Both the position numbers and the translations under genes were made by a program. From IMG/VR virus record IMGVR_UViG_3300035696_000002: 64,000 bases of DNA; one strand, 5' to 3'. This document shows, piece after piece, positions 31,036-41,214 of this stretch. Source of the DNA: a virus (lineage: Duplodnaviria; Heunggongvirae; Uroviricota; Caudoviricetes). Position 1 is the stretch's first letter. The number at the start of each line of letters is the position of its first letter. The notes beneath the pieces are model-generated. The model did no database searches, was not told the origin of the DNA, and was given only the letters and a program-made list of their open reading frames with translations.

Positions 31036-32169
31036 TTACTTCACCCCATTCCAGAAATTGGTGTACTGCGGCAGCCCCGGATAGAGTAAATTCAGCGTTG
31101 GGGATGAGTCCAACGAGCACGGATCGGTGTCCGGCAGCAATTGATCCTGAGCGGCAACCGTAGTAGCCGGAGCCACGACCGGAGAATTCTGCACTGGCGG
31201 AGGAGTCGGCTGGGTAGGCACGCCAATCTGCGGCTGACTCGCGGTTGTAGGTGTCTGCGTAGTTGCCGTCGAAGACTGTGCCGAGGATGCCCACGCCGTG
31301 TACGAATGGCCGCGTTGTGTATCGTTGTGAATCGTGTCTGGATAGGGCGATCCCGAACGGAAGCGTTCCTTCCAAGCAATGAAAGTCAACTGGAAGTTGG
31401 CGATCCACGGCTCTTCCGCACTCTGACTAACCGTCAAGCTTTCGAACATCCCAAACCACCAGAAGTTGCCAACGATCAATTCCACGTCCTGATGCATCTT
31501 GATGCGGCGGCGAGTGAAGTCTGCGGCCAGCGGGCCTTCGCCGAGGGCTTCTCCCTCAAACCAGTAGCCATTGTTTTCAAACACCATCTGAAGTTGAAGC
31601 AGGTTGCGGTAGGACTCAGTGAAGGGCATGTAGGTGTCCGTGATACCGAATGACCAGTACTGTCCAGCCGTCTTTCCTGTCAGGTTGATTTGAATGACAT
31701 CTTCACCCCATACACCGATCTGCCAGCCCGCACGAGTCATCGACTGTGCGTCGAGGGTAGTACGGTTGACCTCGACCTGTGCCGGGTTGATGAGGAAGCG
31801 GTAGACAGCCGGGGCTGTGGCGTCTGGCTTACCATTTGCGTCCACACCACGATTTGGGATGCGGATGATAACGTAATCAACAAAGGGCTCAAGGGCGAGG
31901 GCCTTATAAAAGTCGTTCTGTTGCACCAACTGCTGACGGCCTGCTCCACCTTGCGTGCCATAACCCGGCACCTGATCGGCAGGAACTTGTCCGCCGCCCG
32001 GTGTCTTGACTTGGTCAATGCTCTCGAATGTACTATTCAGATCATTCGGATCGACCGGGCAGGGGATGACCCTCTTCTCACCACGGATGGGAAGTTGCGT
32101 CGGCGTAAGTTCAGGAGAAGTGTTTGGCCGGACATCACTGATGTTATTTACATTGCTGTCGTTAGCCAT
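31036..32169 (-). CDS. Tail tube initiator-like baseplate protein
   Basis: 377 aa; RFLINP...TRAGWQIGVWGE...FGMFESLTVSQSAEEPWIANFQLTF. Confidence 0.55.
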   Translation of the reverse strand: MANDSNVNNISDVRPNTSPELTPTQLPIRGEKRVIPCPVDPNDLNSTFESIDQVKTPGGGQVPADQVPGYGTQGGAGRQQLVQQNDFYKALALEPFVDYVIIRIPNRGVDANGKPDATAPAVYRFLINPAQVEVNRTTLDAQSMTRAGWQIGVWGEDVIQINLTGKTAGQYWSFGITDTYMPFTESYRNLLQLQMVFENNGYWFEGEALGEGPLAADFTRRRIKMHQDVELIVGNFWWFGMFESLTVSQSAEEPWIANFQLTFIAWKERFRSGSPYPDTIHNDTQRGHSYTAWASSAQSSTATTQTPTTASQPQIGVPTQPTPPPVQNSPVVAPATTVAAQDQLLPDTDPCSLDSSPTLNLLYPGLPQYTNFWNGVK

Positions 32170-33689
32170 TATGCGTTCGCCTCCTCATCAGTGATTTGTT
32201 GTGCTTGCCCAGATGTTAGTACGCCGCTGTTATTGCCGCCCGCTCCCGCCTTAGGGTTGAACAGTTGTGTGTACGTGCGTTCAACTTGGAACGAGAACGA
32301 GAACTTCCATTGGAATGGGTTCTCTGCGTCTAGTGTCCAGTTGAGCGACTTGAAATACCCCTGATACGAGTTGTTCCTGTACCGCATCACGATACCGCCG
32401 CGAGAGTAGACATCGTTGTTGCGGGCGTTTTGCTGGAAAGTGCTGGTGCCTGTTCGCGGCGACCACCCGGTTGGCGTGGATTGCGTTTGCCCATTGAGGT
32501 ACCCATTCGATGACGGATTGTAAAACCACACGTTGCCGTTCATCTTGAACATAGACAGGAATTCAACGAAAGCATCCTGTGCTGCCACGCGGAAAGCCGT
32601 AGACGGGTCAATGTTGCTCCCACCAAACCCCTGCGTCTGCTTTGCAAGGATAGTGTTGAACATGGTCTCGTTGTTCACGAAACTCGGAAACACCTGCCCC
32701 TGTGTGCCTGTTGAATAAGCAAACCCGCTCGTCACAAGCTGCTTGATGTCGTCCGTTACATTGGCTACGCTGAAAAAATCCGTCAGGCCAAACCTGTTCA
32801 GGAAAACTCCGGTAGACCCGCTACCTGAAATGAGATCAGGTTCCATCCCCCAAAGGGTGATGTGAACCCCCGTGCGTGAGGGTGTGTGACTCCAGACATG
32901 CTTGCTCGCGATCTCGAAGTCGGTCATGGAGGTGTTCAATTCCAGAACGATTGGCTGATTCGTGTCTGGGTTTGTTAGCGGCTGTCCGGTCTGCTGACTC
33001 AGGAAAATCTGGAAAGTCACAGGCTGAACGTTTCTACGCACACGCGGGTTGCCCGTCAGGAGGCCAGAACCCGGATCGTACCACGGCGTAGGATTCAAAC
33101 CCGTGTCGATCTGCAATTGCTCATACAGCGAGGACTGGAATCCCGCAGACTGCTGTGTATCCACAACCGTTCCTTGCGGCGGCGTGTAGTTTCCCGCCGT
33201 CAACTTAAACGAGGACGCGGCAGCCGACGTACCTGCGTCAAACAGGGACGCACTCTTCAGCGTGGCCTGTTGCGAAACATACGGGCAGCCAGCTTTTGCT
33301 GCCAGCGAGGTCACGTTATAGACAAAATTCTGGATAAGCGGGAGCGGTGGGACACCATCATAGAACTCAACCGTATCCGCATCCGCATAGTAGGCAGCAA
33401 TAGCGAGGGCGTAGTTCCCGCCGAAATTCTCAAGTTGTGTGTGCAGGTAAGCCGCCCCAGCCAAAATGTTTTGGGACTGCTGGGTCACATCAAAGCCCAG
33501 AGCGAGCCCAACCTCTGGCGTAACGGACATCACCCCAACCGCCCCCGTGCTGGAAACATAATCCTGTGCTCCACCGGAACCCACGGCGGCAATCGCCTCC
33601 ATCACGCGAGCGTCTACGCCGTACTGAAGGGCGGCACTTTGAATCGCGTCCACCACTGTCGGCGTCAATTGAATCGAAGTCGCTGGCAT
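32169..33689 (-). CDS. SLT (lytic transglycosylase)-like domain fused to tube-initiator-like domain
   Basis: 506 aa; QYGVDARVMEAIAAV-GSG...SSTGAVGVMSV...NILAGAAYL...FGGNYALAIAAY; C-terminus paralogous to 31036..32169. Confidence 0.7.
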   Translation of the reverse strand: MPATSIQLTPTVVDAIQSAALQYGVDARVMEAIAAVGSGGAQDYVSSTGAVGVMSVTPEVGLALGFDVTQQSQNILAGAAYLHTQLENFGGNYALAIAAYYADADTVEFYDGVPPLPLIQNFVYNVTSLAAKAGCPYVSQQATLKSASLFDAGTSAAASSFKLTAGNYTPPQGTVVDTQQSAGFQSSLYEQLQIDTGLNPTPWYDPGSGLLTGNPRVRRNVQPVTFQIFLSQQTGQPLTNPDTNQPIVLELNTSMTDFEIASKHVWSHTPSRTGVHITLWGMEPDLISGSGSTGVFLNRFGLTDFFSVANVTDDIKQLVTSGFAYSTGTQGQVFPSFVNNETMFNTILAKQTQGFGGSNIDPSTAFRVAAQDAFVEFLSMFKMNGNVWFYNPSSNGYLNGQTQSTPTGWSPRTGTSTFQQNARNNDVYSRGGIVMRYRNNSYQGYFKSLNWTLDAENPFQWKFSFSFQVERTYTQLFNPKAGAGGNNSGVLTSGQAQQITDEEANA

Positions 33690-36600
33690 TAGCGTTTAAC
33701 TCCTGAGAGTCCGGGCGGGTTACCTGAGCCCGGCTGCGGCGGCGTTGGCCCGGCCCCGCCAGTCGTAGCGGAGTCATCCGTCGATCTGAAACTGCTGGGA
33801 TCAATCGGAGAGATGTGGGAAATGTCCGCACTGTACTGATTGATCGTGATCTGATACATCTTCTGGCCATACATGCCCGTAACAGGCTTCGCCGTGATCT
33901 GACCCGTACCCTGAAGTTTGTTGAGAGCATCCACGAGGTCTTGATTGCCCGCAAGGTCTTGGTTCTTGAACGTCAGGGTGTTGATGCCACTGCCCATGGC
34001 TCCGGGCATCGCAGAGACGGCCTTGTAAACATCCATGGAGCTAACCATGTTGCCGCCCTTGGTGACTTCAGCAATGGCTTGCTTCCGGTCGTTGGCTTTT
34101 TTGTCTTCCGTATCGACGTACTTGGAGTACAGCTTATTAAGCTGATCCTTCATGTCAGACGTGAGGGTCGAGGATGAAAGCTCACCGAGGCCGTCATTAA
34201 CATCGGACAATTCTTGATGGGCCGCTGAAAGCTGTTTCTTCTGATCTTCACTGAGATCACCAATCTTTTCGAGTTGGTCGATCTGCCCCTGCAACGCAGC
34301 TTTCTGATCTTCCAAAGCGACAGACAGATTTTCCAATCCCTTGCCTTTGTCTTTCGCTGCAAGGTCTTTCAACATTTCTGAGGCTGGCTTGGCTTCACCA
34401 ATCTTTTTGAAGATGCCGCCAGTGTAATCAACGAGGCGATTCATCCACGTCGAGAATGCGTTTGCAACCATGTCGGCTGAGGTCTGAGTCAGGCGGGCAA
34501 CCTTAGCCGCTTGATCGCGAGCGGCGTTCTTTTGTGCTTGTGTGGCTTTTGTATCAGCAGCCATCTGGTTGACCAACAAATCGTTCATCTGGTCGGAGGC
34601 CGCTAAGCTCAACACGGAGTTGCCGAGGTTCTTTTCGTTGTCCTTCAGGAATTTCTTCAGGTAGACACCGTAGTTGGAGATGCCCTTAACCTGAATCGGA
34701 ACACCCTGCTTGTGCAGTCCTTCGACGATGAGCTTTGCCTGATCTTCCGGCAGGGCACCCTCTTGGGCCGACTTCAAGAAACCACGAGCACCGCCCATCA
34801 AGGCGTCGCGTTGCTTCTGGGCATAGGCTTCTGGGGTTTCACCGAACACTTTAGCGACGCCGGACAAGGTACCGAGAGCATTATCCGAGAGGGCCTTCCC
34901 CTGCAAGAACTGCTTCATATCCATCCCGGATGTTGAAGCGGCCTGCTGCAATGCAGTTCGAGCTACGATGGTCGAAGCGACCGGGCTCTTGCCGTACAAT
35001 TCCTGATAGAACGCACCACCGACACCGCCGCCTGCACCAGCACGGAGGCCCTGCAACTGCGTCATCATCTGTGTCAGCTTCTCAAGGTGCCCAGTCCACA
35101 ACTTCTTTTGCTCATCAGGAAGCTCCGACGCGGCCATCGTCATACTTTGGATAGCCTCGGTCATCTTCCCAGCATCACCACTTTCAAACGCACCACGAAC
35201 CGAAGCAACGTCAATATTCAACGGGGGCAGCCCGCCCTTTTCCGTTGGGATACTCATCTGGCCGAGGACTTCAGCCGCGTTTGCCGCGAGTTGTTTCTGG
35301 AATGTGCCGGAGGCCTTCTTAAACTCGGGCTGGGCCTTGTCGATGATGTAAGCTTCAGGTGCGATATCACGTTTCGTGCTGGCACCAGTGAGGGTGTCCA
35401 AGTACTCTTGCAGGTCGTCAGCCGTATCAACACCCGTCTTCCCCAGAACCATCAAAACATTTGTGACCTGTTCGATGGACTTGTTCATGCGGGTAAAGTG
35501 TTCCAACACACCGTCAAGGAGGGAGATGTATTTCGTGTAGCTAAGGCCCGCTGCCTTGGCCCCCTTCTGAACTCCAAGGAAGAAATCGTCCGTCTGGTCA
35601 AGAGCAACCTGATATTTTGTCAGGAGCTTCATAATCTGCTCAACTGACTGCACATCGCTCATGCCAAGAAGACGGCCAGTCGTCGCGGCAGTACGCTGAA
35701 TCATACCGAAAGAGCCGGGAGCAAACTGATTGCCCGCCAATTTCTGGGCGTTCTCGCCGCCGACTTCAGGCAATGCGTACCCTGATTCGCCAACGGCCTG
35801 AGCCATTTTCATGTTTCGCTCAAAGCTCAAACCTAACTGGGTGTACCCGAGACCACCGGGCGTCAGAGCCGCACGGGCATTAGCGAAACCCTCAGCACCG
35901 GGGGCGTAGCCAAAGAGGCCAGCATTACCTAGACTCTCTTCCATTTTTTGCCGCTGTTGAGCGAGAGCATCCCACGCCTTAACCGCATACTCAGCGGCCT
36001 TTTTCAACGCGATAATGTAGGGGGCGGCTTCCATGGCAGCATCGGCAACGCCGCTGAGCCCGCTTTCGACGGCACCCATCACGCCTGTAGTCTCACCGCC
36101 AGCCAAAGCTTCATACGCCTTCGTCGCACCCTCAACGTCGGCTCCCTCAGGCAAAAGCCCGGCCTTGGCCATTTCACCTTGCTTGAAAATCTGGGCTTTC
36201 TTACCCGTCAGCCCCATCTCTTTTGCCACAGCTTCGATGCTATCCGAAGTTACTTCTTTTCCTCTGAGGCCTAGTTTTGTGATCGCAGCGGACTTCTGTC
36301 CCTTAAACTCTGCACCACGCTGTCTCTGTGTGTCTTCGATGGCAGTCTTAACATCGGCAGATCGTTTCTGGAGGTCTTGAATTTCTTTGAGGAATTTGGG
36401 GTTGACACCCATAGCACTCAGGGTTTTGCTGATCCCATCCAACTCACGGGAGAAGCCCTTCAACTCCAGCTTCTTTGCCACGTCAACAAGCTTACCCATA
36501 CCAATCGCACTGCGTTGAATCGAGCGGCCATACTTCTCCTGCTCATCCGCAGTGTACTTCGTTTCTTTGGCCAACTCAGCCTGTTCCTCTTTCAGTCGAG

Positions 36601-37015
36601 CAACTTCTTGAGTGAGTGCGGCTTGCTGTCTGTGAGTAAGCTTACCTGTTGCGAGGAGTTCTTCCGAGGACGCAATGATTTCTTGGTAGGCCTGCTGCAT
36701 ACCAGCCAAACCAGACTTCGCCCCCATTGCTGCTTTTGTCACATTTTTCGTGTGAGTAGCAAGGGCCTTGATGCTCTCTTCTGCCTTCTCCGCTGTATCA
36801 AGAAGCGTTCGAAACTCAAAACGCGAGCCACGGACTTTGCCCGCGAGGTCATTAGCCTCACGGACAGTCTGTGCCATGTTGTCCTTGATAGCCTCGGTCG
36901 CTTCCGCCATTCGCCGGATATTTTCGGCGAGAGTTGGATCGAACGGAGGCCCGCCCCCACCGGGAGGTGTTCCGGGTGGTGCCCCACCACCGGGCGGCAT
37001 TGGAGGTGTTGCCAT
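33689..37015 (-). CDS. Tape measure protein
   Basis: 1108 aa helical A/K/E/G-rich protein upstream of SLT and hub genes. Confidence 0.7.
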   Translation of the reverse strand: MATPPMPPGGGAPPGTPPGGGGPPFDPTLAENIRRMAEATEAIKDNMAQTVREANDLAGKVRGSRFEFRTLLDTAEKAEESIKALATHTKNVTKAAMGAKSGLAGMQQAYQEIIASSEELLATGKLTHRQQAALTQEVARLKEEQAELAKETKYTADEQEKYGRSIQRSAIGMGKLVDVAKKLELKGFSRELDGISKTLSAMGVNPKFLKEIQDLQKRSADVKTAIEDTQRQRGAEFKGQKSAAITKLGLRGKEVTSDSIEAVAKEMGLTGKKAQIFKQGEMAKAGLLPEGADVEGATKAYEALAGGETTGVMGAVESGLSGVADAAMEAAPYIIALKKAAEYAVKAWDALAQQRQKMEESLGNAGLFGYAPGAEGFANARAALTPGGLGYTQLGLSFERNMKMAQAVGESGYALPEVGGENAQKLAGNQFAPGSFGMIQRTAATTGRLLGMSDVQSVEQIMKLLTKYQVALDQTDDFFLGVQKGAKAAGLSYTKYISLLDGVLEHFTRMNKSIEQVTNVLMVLGKTGVDTADDLQEYLDTLTGASTKRDIAPEAYIIDKAQPEFKKASGTFQKQLAANAAEVLGQMSIPTEKGGLPPLNIDVASVRGAFESGDAGKMTEAIQSMTMAASELPDEQKKLWTGHLEKLTQMMTQLQGLRAGAGGGVGGAFYQELYGKSPVASTIVARTALQQAASTSGMDMKQFLQGKALSDNALGTLSGVAKVFGETPEAYAQKQRDALMGGARGFLKSAQEGALPEDQAKLIVEGLHKQGVPIQVKGISNYGVYLKKFLKDNEKNLGNSVLSLAASDQMNDLLVNQMAADTKATQAQKNAARDQAAKVARLTQTSADMVANAFSTWMNRLVDYTGGIFKKIGEAKPASEMLKDLAAKDKGKGLENLSVALEDQKAALQGQIDQLEKIGDLSEDQKKQLSAAHQELSDVNDGLGELSSSTLTSDMKDQLNKLYSKYVDTEDKKANDRKQAIAEVTKGGNMVSSMDVYKAVSAMPGAMGSGINTLTFKNQDLAGNQDLVDALNKLQGTGQITAKPVTGMYGQKMYQITINQYSADISHISPIDPSSFRSTDDSATTGGAGPTPPQPGSGNPPGLSGVKR

Positions 37016-37019
37016 TTAG

Positions 37020-37649
37020 TTAGCTTACCCTTCCTTCGACAGGCGGTATGGCCTGTGCGTCGAATATCTGTTCGGTCTCATCGACAATCGCTTTTTGCTG
37101 AGTAGTCTCGACGTACTTCATCGCCTGCTCAAACAACCGACGTTCAACTTCCGTCATGATGGCCGAGTCCGGGAACTCTTCCTTCAACCGATCCTCGATC
37201 TTCTGCGAGTGCACCATGAGGACACGCCACAAAACCTCTGTGACTTCCTCACCCCACGTCAGCATCAGATTGCGGAGGACAACCTGCACGTCCTTCAGCA
37301 CACCCTTGTCTGTCGGGTCGGGCACGAGCCGTTGCTGCGTAGTCAACCCACGGAGGCTCTTGCCGCCGATCCATGAAATGGATCGGGAAAGAATTTCAAT
37401 CTTCACCCGCTTAATCCACAGGTAGCCCTTATACTCCTCGGCTGCCATCAAAGCGTCCATCTCGTCGGCTGTCGGGATGTTGGCGATTCGGACGTTGACC
37501 GTGTATCCCTTGGACTTCAGCGAGAGGATGTCTTCCACCTCTTCAACTCCGAAGCCGCGTAGCCCGGCAATCACCTCTTCAAGCGACTGCGGGGTTTCTT
37601 GCACTTGAGAAGCAAGCTCGTCTTTCGCCTGCTGTACCTTCTCTTCCAT
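37020..37649 (-). CDS. Putative tail assembly chaperone
   Basis: 209 aa directly upstream of tape measure; RBS AGGAG. Confidence 0.5.
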   Translation of the reverse strand: MEEKVQQAKDELASQVQETPQSLEEVIAGLRGFGVEEVEDILSLKSKGYTVNVRIANIPTADEMDALMAAEEYKGYLWIKRVKIEILSRSISWIGGKSLRGLTTQQRLVPDPTDKGVLKDVQVVLRNLMLTWGEEVTEVLWRVLMVHSQKIEDRLKEEFPDSAIMTEVERRLFEQAMKYVETTQQKAIVDETEQIFDAQAIPPVEGRVS

Positions 37650-37761
37650 AAAACACTCCTAAATGCTGCTCTTTCTATGAGTTACTTACAACAGCCCGAA
37701 GGCCGTTTAATTTGGGTGCCCCTACAAACTTGGTCTACAGCCAAGGAAGCGGAAATCACTG

Positions 37762-38835
37762 TTATTGATACCGCTTAAGGCGATCCAAAATACTGGGTTG
37801 AACTTCCCGTTCTTCGCGGGTCGGCTGAGGTTTGGCTTTCGGCTGATTGCCCTGCTTGATGGCTTTCTGCCGCTCTTTGACCTCGGCGTCTGTGAGGATT
37901 TCCATCCGCTGGGTGATGCCCGGCCCGCCACGCTCGCGATGGATAGCCTCCAGTTTCTTTTTCTGGGTGTCAGCTTCAGCTTCCATCTGCTTCTGCCAAG
38001 CCGCCATCAAACGTTCGTGTTTATCGTTGGCGAGCATGCCTTTCATTTCACGCAACAGGTCAGCCTCAGAGTCCCCAGCGTGAGCCCATCCATCCGTGAC
38101 ATCAACCTCTGGGGCGATACGAACAACCTTCTCCCATGGCTCAAGCGAATCCGTTTCCAATTGCCGGGCGACATTCATCAACTCATTGTGAACAGGATCA
38201 GCACTTTTGCCTGCCGTTGGTCGCACCACAAACAAGGCGTTGAAATTGTCGTCGAGACGGCGTTTCGCATCGTCGCGATAGTGACACAAGCTCGCCCACG
38301 CACGGGCGTGATCTGGCGGCAGGACGATGGTGATCGTCTTCTCATCCGGCAGCGTCACGATCCGATTTTCATAGGAGGACAAGCCCTCTCCCCGGCTATG
38401 CCACATATTTTCCGAGGATTGGGTTGTGACATAAGCCGCGAGGTATGGGTAGAGTGAGGCGTCATAATCAGACATCTGCTTCACAACTTCGGCCAGACTG
38501 CGAAGCTCAATCGACGACAGTGCCTCGATCTCTGGTTTGGAAAACGTCGTTGCAATGTTCAGGATTGTCGCGATGAAATCGTTGGGGTCTTTCACCCAGC
38601 GTTTGAACATCTTCCGCTCGTGGGCATGCACTCCACGCACCCAACCGACCCGCTTGTTGTCAACCATGAGCGGGCGAATGCGGGCTCCCACCTCGATAAG
38701 CTCCTCACAGTTCTCGCTGATCTTGTCCTTGATTTCCTCAACATACTCAAGCGGAGCCATTTTAAGCTCGCCTGCGTTGATCTTCCGCATCAAGTCCTTA
38801 CCGGAGGGGGCGATTATGGTTCGATTAGCGGCCAC
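37762..38835 (-). CDS. Hypothetical protein (possible tail chaperone)
   Basis: 357 aa charged helical protein; position near tape measure. Confidence 0.5.
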   Translation of the reverse strand: MAANRTIIAPSGKDLMRKINAGELKMAPLEYVEEIKDKISENCEELIEVGARIRPLMVDNKRVGWVRGVHAHERKMFKRWVKDPNDFIATILNIATTFSKPEIEALSSIELRSLAEVVKQMSDYDASLYPYLAAYVTTQSSENMWHSRGEGLSSYENRIVTLPDEKTITIVLPPDHARAWASLCHYRDDAKRRLDDNFNALFVVRPTAGKSADPVHNELMNVARQLETDSLEPWEKVVRIAPEVDVTDGWAHAGDSEADLLREMKGMLANDKHERLMAAWQKQMEAEADTQKKKLEAIHRERGGPGITQRMEILTDAEVKERQKAIKQGNQPKAKPQPTREEREVQPSILDRLKRYQ

Positions 38836-39427
38836 GGGGTTTGCCCTTCTTCTCCATCTCCTGAACTTCTTCCTCGGTCAGGATGCGTGTTCGCTCGCGA
38901 ATCTCCCCTTTCGGGGCTTCAGTTGTTGGGGCCTCGGGCTTCGACAACTCGATTGGTAAATCCGGCGACGGTGCCGTACCGCCGCGAAGCTTGGAGCCTT
39001 CGAGGATTCTACGATCCAACTCTCGGGCCTCTCGCACCTCTTGGGCACCGAATTTGTTAATCATCTCCCGCTCAAGACGGTCACCGATCTCATCCCGCTG
39101 GGCCTCAGCTTCATCCAGCGTCTTGCGGAATTTATTCGGTTCCGGGGCTTGATACAAACCAACAGTGTGAAAAATGCGGGGGGTTGGGGATTGTCCCTTG
39201 AAAATCAACAGGATTCTCTCTATGATCGTGGATGGAATGGCTTCCATGACACGGTACCCATCGTCGCAGTTTTTGATCGGCAGGCCGGACACTTCGACCA
39301 GAGAGGCTGCCAGAATCGTTCGCAGACGATCTCTGTTCTTTTCGAATTTGATGGTAAATTCCTCACGCCACGTAAGCGGTTTGAAACGAAAGGAATAGTG
39401 GGCCAGTTTGATGTCGATAGTGTCCAT
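38825..39427 (-). CDS. Hypothetical protein (possible tail chaperone)
   Basis: MDTIDIKLAHYSFRFKPLTWREE start; overlaps downstream gene. Confidence 0.5.
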   Translation of the reverse strand: MDTIDIKLAHYSFRFKPLTWREEFTIKFEKNRDRLRTILAASLVEVSGLPIKNCDDGYRVMEAIPSTIIERILLIFKGQSPTPRIFHTVGLYQAPEPNKFRKTLDEAEAQRDEIGDRLEREMINKFGAQEVREARELDRRILEGSKLRGGTAPSPDLPIELSKPEAPTTEAPKGEIRERTRILTEEEVQEMEKKGKPRGR

Positions 39428-39594
39428 GCAATTTAGGGCGGAAAAATCCAGATGAGCGAAATCGCCGCCGACACTCTTCAATACGGCAAAATTGCAGTAT
39501 TAAACAATCACGCGACCCGGACTCAATGAGTTTGGGGATGAGGGCGGGCACGTCCCACCCGCCTTCATCAAAAATTTAGGGACGATGGGATTAC

Positions 39595-41211
39595 ATGGTT
39601 AAGCCGCTGGACGTTCTCGTCTACCGCTGCCTTCATGAGGACTTGCGGGACGTAATTGGAAAGTATGAGGCCCCGTTACGGTGGGCCATCAAACAAGCTA
39701 CCCGAGAGCCAGCCCGGCTCATTGATCCCAAAGGTGATGCTGGTGTACCATCCGAGATGCCTTCCTACAAGGCTCTGGATGCGATTCTCGAATACTACGG
39801 TCGCCTGAAAAAGCTCCCCAACCCAGACTCTCTCGACGCATTCTTCGATGTCGCTGATATGGAACTGCGTGACAAGAGAAAAGAAATCATGGCGACCGTG
39901 CAAGCGTTGGAGACTACCGTCACCGCTGAGCATATCAAAAAGCGTGGTGAGCCTGAGATTCTGTGTGAGAAAGTTTCAGACACCGCCCAAGAGCAGTTCT
40001 ATTACTACATCGCAGCCGAGACTGACAAAATCATCACCGCTGGACGCGGTATGCGGCAAGCAGACCGGGACGCCGGGGCCAAGGGCGGCAAAGAGGATGC
40101 CAAGAAGTTTATCCTCGAAATGATTTCCGACGATTACGCCGGGAACGTTGTCGAGAAAATCTCCGGTGTCTGGCAGGACAACGCGGAGAAAACTATTACC
40201 CGGCTGGAGAACCAACTACACGGCCAAAAGACTCAAATCCTTCTCGGCTTCCCCACCATCGACGAAGCCTTAGTCATGCAGAAGGGTGAAATCCTCACCA
40301 TCGCAGGCTACACGGGTGACGGTAAAACCATGTTGCTGATGTCGATCATCTACAACATGCTGAAAAATGGGGAACGTGTTCTCCTGAATAGCCTTGAATT
40401 TGACGCTGAAACAGTGTGGGATCACATGGCCTTTCTATACGCCGGGGAGTTTGGTGTCTCCGCGATGCTGGGCACACCGCTCGACTGGAAACGGCACAAC
40501 GAGACGGCCAATCCCCCTGTCATTACCGTGTCACCGGAACAAGAAGCGAATATGAAAGCACTAATCCGGCGATACAAAACGTATGATGGGGTGCCGGGGG
40601 CTCTCGATGTCTGTTCGGAACGTGACTTCGAAAAGTTTAAGATGTACTACGAGATTGGTGATGTGAAGCACAACTACACCGTTGTCGTGATTGATTTTGT
40701 GGACTTCCTGAACACCCCGGATGCACGCGGCCCAGCCGACCAGATGCACGCCATGGATTTACAGACGAAACGGGTTATCGCTTGGGCCAAGGACAAGAAA
40801 AAATTCCTGTTCGTCACCCCGGCTCAAATCAAGAAAAGCTCCTACGACAAGGTCACAGCCGATTATGAGAAAAGTACGACGAACGGGTTTTATGAGCGTA
40901 CCTGTCTGAGTTACGCCAAGGCCCTGACGGAGCTTGGGGACTGGATGATCTCAGTCTTTTCCCCGGTAGGAATGCGTAAGGAAGGGAAGACCCGCGTCCA
41001 ATGCCTGAAACACCGTGGCGGACAATTTGACCCTTTCGAGGCACAGGTGGATGGCTACGCCGGGTACGTCACTGATCCCTTTGCCCTGACAAAGAAAGAC
41101 AGATCGAGTATTGAAGAGGGTAGGACTTCGCGGCAGCCCGTGTTGGCATCAAGTAGCAGTATCGAAGACCTGCTTTGTGCCAACCCTCAAGAACCGGGGT
41201 TCTACTTATAA
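39595..41211 (+). CDS. DnaB-like (SF4) replicative helicase
   Basis: LGFPTIDEAL, Walker A IAGYTGDGKT, LLNSLE, Walker B VVVIDFVD, TPAQ, LKHRGG. Confidence 0.85.
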   Translation: MVKPLDVLVYRCLHEDLRDVIGKYEAPLRWAIKQATREPARLIDPKGDAGVPSEMPSYKALDAILEYYGRLKKLPNPDSLDAFFDVADMELRDKRKEIMATVQALETTVTAEHIKKRGEPEILCEKVSDTAQEQFYYYIAAETDKIITAGRGMRQADRDAGAKGGKEDAKKFILEMISDDYAGNVVEKISGVWQDNAEKTITRLENQLHGQKTQILLGFPTIDEALVMQKGEILTIAGYTGDGKTMLLMSIIYNMLKNGERVLLNSLEFDAETVWDHMAFLYAGEFGVSAMLGTPLDWKRHNETANPPVITVSPEQEANMKALIRRYKTYDGVPGALDVCSERDFEKFKMYYEIGDVKHNYTVVVIDFVDFLNTPDARGPADQMHAMDLQTKRVIAWAKDKKKFLFVTPAQIKKSSYDKVTADYEKSTTNGFYERTCLSYAKALTELGDWMISVFSPVGMRKEGKTRVQCLKHRGGQFDPFEAQVDGYAGYVTDPFALTKKDRSSIEEGRTSRQPVLASSSSIEDLLCANPQEPGFYL

Positions 41212-41214
41212 GCC

